Below, piece by piece: positions 26,517 to 38,842 of a DNA stretch of 64,000 bases. Within the stretch, counting starts at the first letter, position 1. Every line of letters begins with the position of its first letter. The stretch is from positions 97,402,001 through 97,466,000 of the forward strand of contig OX597817.1 in assembly GCA_951406725.2 (NCBI GenBank), written 5' to 3'. The position numbers and the translations under genes were made by a program. Source of the DNA: Octopus vulgaris. Lineage: Eukaryota. Below the pieces are notes generated by a model, which had not been told where the DNA came from, made no database searches, and was given only the letters and a program-made list of their open reading frames with translations.

Positions 26517-27087
26517 TGAAATGCATACATCAACACATAACTCACATAACTGCATCACTCACATACAACCCAGAGAAATCAAAGAACATTCACGTACATA
26601 AAAAAAAAAAAACGAAAACAAGAACGTTGTTCCACATCAACGAAAAACTGTCTGTATGAACTTTTACGGGACATTTCACAATCGAACTTTGCCGATGAAC
26701 ATTTCTTTCATTTTTGCATGTACATATTTTTTGTTTTCTCTTCAAAATGTTTTGCTTTCTTATAAATATATTTTTGCTAACTGTATATTCACACACATTT
26801 ACAAATCATGTTCTCATGTGTGCTATCTTTTTCGATCTTTTTCGCCACTGAAAGACACCTTGCCTCTATTAGACCTCTAGTGGGTCGAGTAATCAATAGA
26901 CGCACATCTCTTTCAACGCGCCAACATATTTCTGCCTGGGCACATATACATATTGCCCACCTTATAGCACATACAAACAGCAAACCTTTCATTCATATTT
27001 TTATCGTTCAATGTGTAAAATTTTTTCTGCATACACACAAAGAATAACATTTCCAATATCGTTCGATCTCTGTGGCTTTCTCACTAG

Positions 27088-27622
27088 TGTAAGAGTTAGC
27101 ACTTCCTTCTCTAAGCTTGGATTCGAAATCGAATCCAAGAATCATCGGTCGTCAAATACCAATGCATGCAAAGGCGCGAAATTAAGATTCCTTTGTTCTG
27201 ACAAAAAGTGATTGATCGTCTCCCTTTGACCTCCGACCTGAGCCATGTCAGGCGAAGTTCAAGAGGACGAACGATGACCTACTTAAACAGTAACTGTGTT
27301 GCGATATATCTATTTTTCTGGCTATTTGAGATTTTATAAATAGAAAGGAAAAAACGGCTACACAGAGAGAACCGGAGCTGACGCTAAAGCAGACACTACA
27401 CGTTTTGGAGACGACTAGAGAATATGCCTACAGGTTACTGTCCTGAATGATTTACTCACACACACACACACACACACACGCGCGCAAACATATTCTTCTT
27501 TAATATGTATTCTGTACAAGCAATGCGTAGCATTGCTTACAAAATTTATGTAGTGTAAATAAATCTCTATTTAATCACGAAACAACTTATGTATTTATTA
27601 ATACATACACACATCCACTACA
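27088..27622 (+). repeat. 3' LTR
   Basis: Direct repeat of the 5' LTR, followed by CATG. Confidence 0.95.
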
Positions 27623-27642
27623 CATGTATGCGTGTGTGTGTG

Positions 27643-27685
<43 letters not shown>

Positions 27686-27688
<3 letters not shown>

Positions 27689-28008
27689 AGATGCGTGGCT
27701 TAGTGGTTAGGGCATTCGACTGACGATTTTAAGGTCGTGAGTTCGATTCCCGGCGATGCGTTGTGTCCTTGAGCAAGACACTTTATTTCACGTTGCTCCA
27801 GTCCACTCAGCTGGCAAAAATGAGTTGTACCTGTATTTCAAAGGGCCGGCCTTGTCACACTCTGTGTCACGCTGAATCTCCCTGAGAACTACGTTAAGGG
27901 TACACGTGTCTGTGGATTGCTCAGTCACTTGCACGTTAATTCCACAAGCAAGCTGTTCCGTTGATCGTATCAGCTGGGACCCTGGTCGTCGTAACCGACG
28001 GAGTGCTC
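27686..28008 (+). mobile_element. tRNA-derived SINE (head D, tail X)
   Basis: GTGGCTTAGTGG..GAGTTCGATTCCC; 3' ~180 bp match 17012-17193. Confidence 0.8.
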
Positions 28009-28391
28009 CTATATATATATACACATATACATACACACACATACACATCGACTTACAGGTACACAAACCTTCGTACATATGTATATATACACATGACGTA
28101 CATATACTTCTGCATACATTATTACGCATCCAAAACATGAATTCGTCACAAGCACAAATGCATGTAAATAAATAATCAAATATAAATATACATAAAAACA
28201 CATATATACTTACATAGACACACACAAATATATACATAGATGCGTAGCAGTGATTTGAAACCTAACTGCTACATACTCGGTTTAGACACAAGTGAGCCAC
28301 CATAGTTTCACGTGATCGGTGTTTAAATCGACTAATCAGGGTGAGGTGGCGGCTTGATATAGTTTTCTCGAATGCTCTTCTTATACCCTAT

Positions 28392-30461
28392 TCTATCTAT
28401 CTATCCGCTCAGTCGAAGTCGGCTCTCGGTTACTCGATGGATCAGTGTCCTCCAGCCAGTTCTATCCTGGGTCGCTTCTTTCAGATTGGCTATGGCCATT
28501 CACGTGTCACTCTTGCTGGTGTCAAGCCAGCGGGTACTTGGTTGGTCTCTTCCTCTCTTGCCACTGACCCTTCCGAGCACGATGTCCTTCTCCAGGGATT
28601 TTCTCTGCATAATATGACCAAAATATGTCAATCTATGCTTGGTGATCCTAGCTTCTAGCGACAGTTTTGGCTTGATCTGGTTAAAAACTTCTCCATTAGT
28701 GAGCCTCGCTGTCCATGGAATCCGTAAAATATTTCTCCAACACCAAAGCTCGAATGCATTAATTCTCTTCTGGTCAGCTTTCTCTAGTGTCCAGGTCTGG
28801 CATCCGTATGTTGCTACTGGGAAGACGATTGCATTCACCAATCTGCATTTGGTAGCGAGTCTGATGTCTCTACTCTTCCAGACCTTGCTCATGCTGACCA
28901 TTGCCTTTCTGCCTAGTACTATCCGCCACCTTATTTCTGGAGTGCAGTTACCATCTCGATTTAATTTGAAGCCAAGGAAGATGATATCATCAACCACTTC
29001 GATCTCTTCATTATCGATCTTGATGCTGATATTTGTTGTGGCTGCTGTTAACATGATCTTCGTTTTCTTGACATTGAGGTACAGCCCAAATTTCTCACTC
29101 TCTTTCTTGACTAGCAGAATAAGATTCTCTAGATCCTTATTATTTTCTACCAGCAGGGTTGTATCATCTGCATAGCGAAGGTTATTAATATTTCTTCCTC
29201 CAATCCTTACTCCAATGCTGCTATCCTCCAGGCCTGCATTCCTCATGACCTTTTCAGCGTACATGTTGAAGGCTGCTCGTAATAGGATGCAACCTTGCCA
29301 AGTGCCTTTTCCAATCTCAAACCAATCAGTGTCACCATATGGTGTCCGTACTGTAGCCTCTTGGTTTCGATAGAGTGATCTAATAAGCTGGACAAGGTGT
29401 AAAGGTGTCCCCATTTCCTCCAGAAATTTCCATAACTTGTCATGATCAATGCTGTCAAAGACTTTGGAGTAACCGATGAAACACATGTACAGCTTCTTTT
29501 GGTATTCTCTTGCCTTTTCCATAATCCACCGTAGGTTGGCGATGTGATCGCGGGTGCTTCTTTCCTTTCTGAAACCAGCTTGCACCTCTGGCAATTCTCT
29601 CTCAATAGTTGTGTTCAGGCGCTTCTGGATGATTTTAAGGAGAATTTTGCTTACATGGGGGATCAGGGTGATGGTACAGTAGTTTGCGCAGTCCTTGGTG
29701 TCTCCTTTCTTTGGTATTGGGATGAAAACTGACCTCTTCCATTCCCTTGGCCACTTACAGGTTCTCCATATTCGTTGGCAAAGCGATGTTAGTGTTTTTG
29801 TTGGTATTGGCTCGAGTAATTCTAGTGGTATGCCATCAGTACCAGGGGCTTTTCGGTTGGCCAGCTGTTTCATTGCCCGTACCACCTCATCATCCAGGAT
29901 GTTTGGCTCCAGTTCCAGTCGCTTCTCTTCTGCCTGCTCATCGAGGTTGTTCTCTTCTTGGTCATCCAGTTCTTTACCATTTCTCCCACGGATGGTTGCT
30001 TGTCTGGCCATGAATGCTGTACGGGTCTTCTTTACATGTTGGTAAAGTTCTCTCATGTTCCCTTTCCTGTATGCCTCCCCTGCCCTTGCACATTCCTCAT
30101 TCCAGTATTTCCCTTTGTCCTTCCTGGCGGCCTGTTGGAACATTGCATTCAGGCGCCGCACTTCATCCCTGCTTCTGGTCATCTTTGTTCTCCTTCTTTC
30201 TTCTGCTATTACATAAGTCTCCTCCGAAATCCACTTTGCTGATCGTGTGGGTTTCTTATACAGTACATGTTTCTCTGCTGTTTCAACGACAATTTCCTTC
30301 ACGTTCTCCCATATTTCTTCTGCTTCTTGATTCTCTTCGATGGCAAGCAGTTCGAAGCGGTTCCTGATCTCAACAGCGTATGATGGACCGATCTTGTTGG
30401 TATCAAATTTCTGGCAAGCGGGTGGTCGCTTGATGCTGCAGAGTCGCATCTTGATCTTGCA
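28392..30461 (-). mobile_element. RTE-clade LINE (BovB/RTE-1-like), 5'-truncated
   Basis: 649-aa open frame 28500-30449 with KAPGTDGIP, QAGFRK, QGCIL, NLRYADD, ELWCWR..IPWTAR, YFGHIM; (TAGA)n tail at 28392-28404. Confidence 0.92.
28500..30449 (-). pseudogene. RTE reverse transcriptase ORF (endonuclease missing; several conserved residues degraded)
   Basis: YADD intact, but motif A FIDY reads FIGY and there are internal in-frame deletions. Confidence 0.85.
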
Positions 30462-30721
30462 TTAAAAAACCCCATTTTGGCGCCTTTCTAATCGCAGAGT
30501 GTTAAAAGCAGCTTACTGACCCGTGCCTCCACCCTTGCATGCAGACAGCTCTAGATATTTGCGCAGACACCTCAAGGTTCTTGGACAGACTCATTCTGAA
30601 CATTCACACAATGTTTCATAAGTAACTTCTACGGATGCTGAGCAGTTGTTCACTCTGTCCTAGTCGGCAATTATTATTACTGCTCATTGTAAATAGTCAA
30701 AACCAAATATCTTCGTATCTC

Positions 30722-31114
30722 TCTCTTTACTCTTTTACTTGTTTCAGTCATTTGACTGCGGCCATGCTGGAGCACCGCCTTTAATCGAGCAACTCGACCC
30801 CGGGACTTATTCTTTGTAAGCCTAGTACTTATTCTATCGGTCTCTTTTGCCGAACCGCTAAGTGACGGGGACATAAACACACCAGCATCGGTTGTCAAGC
30901 AATGCTAGGGGGACAAACACAAACATACACGCACACATATATATACATATATACGACGGGCTTCTTTCAGTTTCCGTCTACCAAATCCACTCACAAGGCT
31001 TTGGTCGGCCCGAGGCTATAGTAGAAGACACTTGCCCAAGGTGCCACGCAGTGGGACTGAACCCGGAACCATGTGGTTGGTAAAAAAGCTACTTACCACA
31101 CAGCCACTCCTGCG
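30722..31114 (-). mobile_element. tRNA-derived SINE (family A)
   Basis: Co-linear with the other family A copies. Confidence 0.85.
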
Positions 31115-31369
31115 CAATATTTCCATTAAATGTTCGCGAGTTTCCTTCAGTTCATGCAGCCAATGCAATCTTTTTGCTACTACACAAGCGACAATCAACC
31201 AGCGACTGATACATACATACATAGGTATGTACGTATGTATGAATTCTTTTATGTGTTTCATCCTAAAGGGTGTGACCATGAGTGTATATATATGCACCAT
31301 ATATATACACTCAGAACATGTTGCCATCAAGGGTGGTTTGAACAGAAGGTTATGTTGTGAATTTAGTGC

Positions 31370-31633
31370 TGCCTTGCCCTGCCTACAGTCCAGACCTGGC
31401 ATCATCAGATGACCACCTTTTCCAAGCCATGGCTCATTTCCTGCATGGACAGAGGTTCAACAATGTGAATGATACTGGAAACATGTGCAGGGAATTTTTT
31501 TGCCTCTAAACTACCCAAATGATACAAGCATGGAATTGAAGCGATATATTTTGCTGTATAAATGCTTTCCATATGTAATTTGCTTGAACTATTAATTAAA
31601 ACTTCAAATATGAAAAATCTTTTGATACAACCT

Positions 31634-31637
<4 letters not shown>
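31370..31637 (+). mobile_element. Mariner transposase C-terminal relic with 3' end
   Basis: PAYSPDLASSDDHLFQAMAHFLHGQRF (YSPDLAPSD motif); ends GATACAACCTTG|TA. Confidence 0.7.
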
Positions 31638-31668
<31 letters not shown>

Positions 31669-32049
31669 GGGGGGGGCGTGTTCGTATGTATGGGAACCAG
31701 CCTTTCTTTTCTGCATGTTTCATTAAATACATGACTGTTCAAGTTTCATCTTTTTTACTTTGGACGTTTCATTTTCTTATTAACTTTTTACAGTTGGTTT
31801 GGCACAATAGGGTTCCTAAGTTCATATTCGACATTTTTATCTCATCATCATGAATGGAGTTGAATATATTTGACGTTTGTGCTGTTTATATATTCTGTGA
31901 AGTCATTGTCCTGAGTACACAGTATCAAATTCTTACATATTGAGTAAGAACAATTATCAGCTATTGTTACACTCTGGTATTACATTATTTGAGCTATATA
32001 CCTGTCAGATCTTGATCATTTTTATAGACTGTTTTTAAGATGTGCATTT

Positions 32050-32300
32050 TCACAACCATGAGATTTCGGGTTCAGTCCCACTGTGTATCTTGGGTACATG
32101 CCTTCTGCCATGACCTTGGGTCAAGTAATGCCTTTTGAGTGAAATTTGGCAGATAGAAACTGTAAATAAGCCCAGTGTCTGTGTGTTCATGTTTGAAAAT
32201 TAGTTATCAGACTTAAAATAAGTACTAGGCACATTATTATTGACTTAAACCCTTCAAGTTGGTGCTGTAGTATGGTTACAGTCCCATGACTGAAACAAGG
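32050..32300 (+). mobile_element. Degenerate family A-related SINE
   Basis: GGGTTCAGTCCCACTG..CTTGGG..GAAACTG..CAGTCCCATGACTGAAACAAG. Confidence 0.6.
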
Positions 32301-32390
32301 GAAAAAACAAAAGAAAAACAATGAGAAATACAATGAGAAGCAAGTGTTCAGAAGTAAATAGATATTCAATCGCAATTATGACAATGTCTC

Positions 32391-32396
32391 TTTATT
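32391..32396 (-). promoter_or_regulatory. Candidate polyadenylation signal AATAAA
   Basis: Lies 14 nt after the UFL1 stop codon; a chance hit is plausible in AT-rich DNA. Confidence 0.35.
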
Positions 32397-32410
32397 GAGA
32401 TGATATAAAC

Positions 32411-32571
32411 TTAAGGACTAGATTCTTTAGTTTGTTTCTCTTTAGGTTTTGTAGCTACAGCAATGTCTTTCAGTTCTGGCAACAGTTCCTCTAAGACAGC
32501 CCCTTCATTAGACTCTATTATTTCTTCATGTTCGTCTTCATTGTGAGACTTCATATCTTTAATTACCAAAT
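32411..32571 (-). CDS. UFL1: E3 UFM1-protein ligase 1, last coding exon (not in the ORF track)
   Basis: Acceptor tttctttttccag|AT joins the phase-1 G of the 43398 exon to give DLVIKDMKSHNEDEHEEIIESNEGAVLEELLPELKDIAVATKPKEKQTKESSP*, resembling the vertebrate UFL1 end (GLVVKQL...LQELSSSIKDLV, recalled). Confidence 0.85.
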
Positions 32572-32639
32572 CTGGAAAAAGAAACAACTAGTATTTGTTA
32601 AAATGTTTATAAAGGTTTTCCTCCAAAGAATCTATAAAT

Positions 32640-32835
32640 ACTGGTTTCAAATTTTGGCACAAGACCAGCGAGTTTGGGGGAGGAGGTAAGTCAATTACCT
32701 CAATACCAGTGTAACTGGTACTTATTTTATCAACTCTGAAAGGGATGAAAACCAAAGTCAACCTTAGCAGAATTGGACATGAAATGTTGCAAAGCATTTT
32801 GCCCAGCATGCTAATGATTCTGCCAGCTCACCACC
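32640..32835 (-). mobile_element. Degenerate family B SINE
   Basis: GTAACTGGTACTTATTTTATC..GATGAAA..AAAGTCAACC..TCTGCCAGCTCACC aligns to 600-744. Confidence 0.65.
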
Positions 32836-32944
32836 TTCAAAGAATCTATTAATATTAATACAATAGTACCAATCTACATTTGGTGTTATGTTCTAGAAAT
32901 TTTGTTTGAAAGAAAGAATTAAATGAAAGGAAGTGAATAATACA

Positions 32945-33330
32945 CCCTTCCTTGCTTTCGTTCCTGCTGCTACACCTGCATTTTCGTTTCCAACACCATC
33001 CCCCACACAGCAGACTCAACAACTGCACTTTTCACATAAGGAACTCTTTCTGATGCACCTCTAACAACCTGATACAGGTACTCCAATGTTCCCTCTTAAA
33101 TCTGATAAACATAGAACTGGCTGCCAACTGTTTGACAGGTTTGCAGAGCATCTTAAGGACATGGCATTACCTGTCTGTTGACAATTCTGTTCTGCCAACC
33201 ACTCCAACAAACACTTCTCTATCTTCAACTTGGTTTTCAACACCAGATCTCCAGAGGAGAACATTTTTTCTCCCCAAGCTTACATGTCCTACAGTTTGAA
33301 TTCACTACATCAATTCTTCTAACATGCATT
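32945..33330 (+). mobile_element. Highly decayed PLE GIY-YIG relic
   Basis: TGCQLFDRFAEHLKD and ..LIFNLG fragments match the PLE endonuclease consensus. Confidence 0.5.
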
Positions 33331-34838
33331 TTCAGCATATTCATCAACCACTTCCCCTTGCTCCCTCCCACTGTTCCCATGCACCCTACTTACACCTTCC
33401 CCCACTACCCACATCATCCTCACATCTACACTCATCCCTAACATACTAACATGTGTTCCCCACCACACACACACACACCGTTCAGGCTCTTGACTGAAAC
33501 CTTACTGATACCAGACGCTAACTACCTATAAGTTGTACCAGCAGATGCGTCGCCTTCAGCAGAGGCTGACGTGTTTTCGCTGCTCCAACCTGTCAGCGGC
33601 CAAGACACAGAAGACACAGAAATACAAATACAACCCAGCAGGACTACTGATAAACAACTGTAATTACTGGAAGATCTACTATTTTCTGTGAGTAATTTGA
33701 ATTTCCCTCAAAATAAGTTAAAGACTTCCAAACCTACAGTTTGGGACAAAAATTTTAGAAACATAAATATCTCCATTTTTTGTGTGAACATTTTGCCGTC
33801 ACCTCTTCCTTGAGTATCAGATTATGTAAAAATGCCTTTATTGTAACAACACAATTAAATGCACGCTAAAATTATGGACGTAAACACCTGCTAACCTTTA
33901 TTTTCTTCTTGACTACCCGAAATATGCAAACATACTTTTTATTGCAATCACAGAAATAAACACGTGGAGAATAAGAAGAAAAAAAAAAGAAAAGAAAAAA
34001 TACTCTTTATAGTTTCTCTCTGCTTGTACACGACTCTATTCACAAGTACTGTTCATAGTCGGCCCCTCCTTGATCTTTCTCAAAGTCAAGGTCACTGTTC
34101 GCAAGTTCCATCAACACCATTGCAGACATTTGAACTCTCTTTGACCGATTGTTCTTCATCTCACTTTATGAAAGCAGTAGTTGCTGCTACAGCTATTACT
34201 ACTGCTGCTATCAGAATTTACTGCTGTTACTACTACTGCTACAATTAGAAACATACAAGTTGACGATGACACCGAGATGTTTTTCCCCGTGTCTGAATTA
34301 TACCGGTGGCACCAACGAAAAATCCCTTTCTTTCTCTGTGTTGGGAGAAAAGAGAATTTACAATAAAAACAAACCCTCAGCCCTCCCTCCAGTGTATAAA
34401 TTACTTTAAAAGGGAAAAACGTGAGGAGAAAAAAAAAGAAAAAATTAATCTAAATTAATGATAGACAAAAACATGTGCCTTTTCGCACATAAACACATTA
34501 TTCACACATATACAAACATACGCAGACGCAAATATTGAAGTACTAAATGGCACGTCAAATGATATTTAATCGTGTGGAACATTTTACATGCATATCAATA
34601 TTCTAAAGTTGGACCTACTATTCCTTATCCTAAAGCTGCTTCAGACAACTAGGAAGGGTTCCCGACTTGTTTCACCGTCTGCTTTCAATCTTGGATTGTG
34701 ATTCGGTTCAGCCCAAACTCTCTCAGATTTTGTCTGCTGTTGCCTACTCCTACAAGGATTGCAGCTGTTTTTTGTTCCTGATTTAACTCAGATTTGTCCT
34801 AGAGCCCATAGAAGTTTGTTTTTGGTCAACCATCTATC

Positions 34839-36005
34839 ATGTCAGCTACCTACAGATCGAAACTGAGATCTGTGAGAAGGGCTTCTCATCAGGATGATGG
34901 TCCTACCAACGGTCATCTCAACGAGCAGTTGCTGTTGCTCAAACAAGAGATCGAGCATCTAAAGTCTGTTGTTGCTCATTTACTGAATAAACAGTCTCCT
35001 ATTGACGCAGAGCCACCCTTGATTTCTTCCCTGGAGACGTCCAAACCGGAGGGAACAAAATCGAAGCGGCCAAAGAAGGCGAAGGAACCGGTGGTCGTTT
35101 CCGCAGATGATCGTTCCTGTGCGGATTCTTCCTCATCTGCCTTTTCGGTCCCGGAGGTTCCCCAACCTAATTTGAGGAGCGTAGACTTAAACCCACCTGA
35201 AGACCGTTGTTCTCCCCGAAAGAAGAAACATCAAAACTCCAGTGGGGCAGATTTAGCTATGAAACCTGATCATGATAAAATCTGTTTGGATTCTCCCTCA
35301 CTTGTCTTTCCCATTAATGCCATTGCTCAACCAATTCTGAACGATCTCGATGTGAGTTCATCTGGGGAGTGGTGCTCCCCCAAGCCGAAGAAGAGGCAGT
35401 GCAGTTCCAAACCAGGCAGGAAAGTTATGACCACTAAACCCATTCCGATCGACCCCACAGGCCGACATAAGTCTGATGGCTATGAAACCACCCTTTCGAA
35501 ATCATCCAACGAAGAATCGAATGCCGCAGCTCATAGTAGAGAACATTTTGCCCACTCAAGATCAGCAATCATTTATGGTAAAGCTGAATCCACCTGTGAT
35601 ACAGGCATAAACCGCCTAAAAGAAGACATAAATTTTGTTTCCATTTTAGTTGGAAAATTGTTCTCTGTCAACAAAAATGTCAGTATCCATAAGGTCGCTC
35701 GGCTAGGAAGATTCCAAGCGAACTCAACCTCAGATACTAGACCATGCCCAATAAGAGTAATCTTTTCTTCCGATCAGGAGGCTTCAACATATCTGAACAG
35801 AGCTCAGACGTATGCCTGGGAGGATCCCAATATGGGTTTTCGCGAGGAATACTCACTGAGAGAGAGAATTCGCCGGAGAAACCTAATATCTGAACTGAAG
35901 ATGAGAAAACAGATGGGAGAGAAGGGTTTACGCATCCAAGATGGACAAATAATCAAGTCCTACCTCTGGTCGCATGCTGTAGTACTGACAGGGAAAGTGA
36001 ATTGA
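34839..36005 (+). CDS. LINE ORF1 protein (coiled coil, disordered linker, RRM/CTD-like domain), intact 388 aa
   Basis: Heptad-like LKQEIEHLKSVV; IIYG..RLG..RPCPIRVIF..FREEYSLRER is typical of CR1/L2-group ORF1; directly abuts ORF2. Confidence 0.75.
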   Translation: MSATYRSKLRSVRRASHQDDGPTNGHLNEQLLLLKQEIEHLKSVVAHLLNKQSPIDAEPPLISSLETSKPEGTKSKRPKKAKEPVVVSADDRSCADSSSSAFSVPEVPQPNLRSVDLNPPEDRCSPRKKKHQNSSGADLAMKPDHDKICLDSPSLVFPINAIAQPILNDLDVSSSGEWCSPKPKKRQCSSKPGRKVMTTKPIPIDPTGRHKSDGYETTLSKSSNEESNAAAHSREHFAHSRSAIIYGKAESTCDTGINRLKEDINFVSILVGKLFSVNKNVSIHKVARLGRFQANSTSDTRPCPIRVIFSSDQEASTYLNRAQTYAWEDPNMGFREEYSLRERIRRRNLISELKMRKQMGEKGLRIQDGQIIKSYLWSHAVVLTGKVN

Positions 36006-38842
36006 GGGCGAATCGAAGTAAAGTAGATACCCCCGTCAACGATGCTATCTCTGATACCCCTTATTCTGCTTGTTCCTCAACTCCCGCCCCTCAAACTTCA
36101 CAGCTCAGCATCGTCTATACCAACTCGTGCTCCTTATTTCCAAAGTTCAGCGAACTATTTACACTGGCCATGCGTGACTCCCCTGATGTGATAGCTATCA
36201 CCAAGACTTGGCTGACTCCAGCAGTAAAGGACTCAGAAATCCACCTACAGGGCTACGTCCTCTTCAGATGTGACAGAGAAAAAAGGCGAGGTGGAGGTGT
36301 TGCTGTGTATGTTAAATCTGATCTCAAACTGTCCAGCGGTATTCTACCCACTAATGCTCAACCTACAACAAAATTTGATGCCATCTATTGCAATCTGAGT
36401 TTTGCCTGCCCATGTTAGCTGTCTACAGGCCGCCTCTTGCGAACCCCCAGGACGATGCTCATTTACTCGAAGTGATAAGATTCGTTTCAGCTTCTCATGA
36501 CTGTTTGATATTAGGAGACTTCAACAGTCCCACGATCGATTGGCCCGCATCAATTTGTACATCATCTTCCCGGTTCGGCCAGGCCTTTCTTGACGTGGCT
36601 GAAGATTGTTTTCTATCGCAACATGTTGAATATCCGACAAGGCATTGGTCTGGTCAGCAGCCATCTATGCTGGATCTGGTATTCTCCCACTATCCAAGAT
36701 CAGTGTCAGACGTATCTGTGTGTGCCCCGCTCTTGCCAAGAGTGATCAGGCGGTCCAGAAGTTCGTCATGCACACAACTTTTTCTATGCCCACAACTACT
36801 TCGCTGCCACGTAGAGTCTTCTCTGCAATTAATCTTGAAATTCTAACCGAGGCTTCCGCGCTTCTGGACTGGCGATCCCTGATGACGTAGTCCTCAGTTG
36901 ACGAACTATGGTCATTCCTCAAAGCATATGTAATCTGGTTGACTGACCAGGCAGTTCCCGTTGGGCTTCCCAAGAAGAAGAAACACAAGCCCTGGGTAAC
37001 GAAGAAGGTTAAACGAGAACTTCGACTCAGAGATATTGCTTGAGCTGAATTCAAAAATCTGGATTCGACTGCAGCTTTTGAGGTGTACAAAACTCAACGA
37101 GACCGAGCCGTGAAAATTGAAAAAGAAGAACGCTTCAGTTATGAATACAAAATCACGGCAAACGACAGTAGCAATCCAAAAACCTCCTTAGCCCATGTCC
37201 AACGGAATTCCCGCTTGAACAACCAAATTGCAACGTTGGTAGACTCAACAGGCGTATCGATTGAGGACCCTTATCAACAGAGTCAATTATTTGCCGAGGC
37301 TTTTTCAACTATTTTCAAACAAGATGATGGTCGTGAACCCCCTCCATTTGATAGATCGGTACCTCCAATGCTTCGACTGGTCATCAAGCGGGACGAAGTC
37401 AAACGTGTTATTCAAGGCCTCGATGTCAACAAGGGTCACGGCCATGACGGCATACACCCACGGGTTATCAAAGCGTTGGCTCCGGTCATCTGCGAGCCCT
37501 TAACACGTCTATTCAATATGTGGACTGGAGAACAGCGATAATCTGTCCAATTTTCAAGAAAGGGAGCCACGAAGACCCGCTTAACTACCGACCGGTTTCC
37601 CTTACATCAATAATCAGCAAGATGTTCGAAACCATCCTTAAGAAAAGTATGATGCTCCACCTCCAAAACACAGCCTCTATCTCTGATTCCCAACACGGCT
37701 TCGTGCCGAAGAGATCATGCTTGACCAACATACTGGTAATGGAAGAATTGGTGATGCGCATCCTCGATGATAGTGATGCTGTTGACATCGTTTTATTGGA
37801 CTTTGCCAAAACTTTTGACTTGGTAAACCACCGCCTATTACTTGTCAAGCTTCAAGCATATAGTTTCCATCCGGATATTGTACGATGGGTTGGTGCCTTC
37901 CTCTCAGATCGCTCCTTCCAAGTCCAAGTTAATGGTTCGCGGTCCGACGTCTCCAGTGCGAGCAGTGGCGTGCCTCAAGGTTCAGTGCTTGGGCCCTTAT
38001 TGTTCTTAGTCTTCATAAATGACTTGCCCGACAACCTCACGCAACACACCCTTCTATTAGCTGACAATGTCAAACTGGTCGCTCCTCGCGGTGATATAGA
38101 GGATCTTCGTCGATGCCTCCACCAAATTTGGAGGTGGTCTAACGAATGGGACCTGTGTCTGAACGTATCAAAGTGCTGTCATCTGCCTGTTGGCTCTCCT
38201 CCTGCAACTCAACTTGATTTCGAGCCGGGTCGTCTGCTGCTGGAGAGGACCGATCAGGTAAAGGACCTGGGTATCTTGGTGGATTCCTCCTTTTCGCCTT
38301 CGGCCCAGTGCGTCCATGCTGCCAACAAAGCACGCGGAATTCTGTTCTTGATTCGACAGTCATTCGGAATGCTCACAGCAGCCATATTCCTACCACTCTA
38401 TGTCACGCTGGTGAGACCCATATTGGAGTACGGGATTCAAGCCTCTTCTCCTTATCTCCTCAAAGACATACAGCATCTCGAAAGAGTCCAGAAGCTGGCT
38501 ACCCGCATGGTTTATGGTCTCAAGAATTTGTCTTATGAAGAAAGGCTGAAGATGCTCGACCTTTATTCTCTAGTAAAACGCCGCCGCCGTGGTGATCTCA
38601 TTCTCGCTCACAACATCATAAGCGGAAAGTGTAACCTCTCGAAAGAGCTGCTCCAGAGCGTCGGCTGCGGGGTCATTCCGAAAAGCTCTACCTGCGACGA
38701 TTTCATCTCAATCAAAGGAGAGGAGCTTTCTCCGTCCGGGTTGCGGATCTGTGGAACAAGCTGCCAGACGAGATGGTGAAGATGCCGACGACCGCTTTGT
38801 TCAAAGTCTCCCTTGACCTCAAGTGGCCTGAACTCTTTACAT
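36002..38842 (+). pseudogene. LINE ORF2 (APE endonuclease and RT), frameshifted
   Basis: Split over ORFs 36002, 36388, 37083 and 37520; catalytic FADD reads LADN. Confidence 0.88.

Larger units (their letters stand above)
21858..27622 (+). mobile_element. Full-length young Ty3/Gypsy LTR retrotransposon
   Basis: TGT..ACA LTRs at 21858-22394 and 27088-27622 differ by only a handful of substitutions plus (CA)n changes; 4-bp TSD CATG; domain order gag-PR-RT-RH-IN. Confidence 0.97.

Noticed and set aside
28639-30367. Plus-strand ORFs of 100-180 aa (also opposite the 56012 ORF)
   Set aside because: Antisense shadows of RTE coding sequence.
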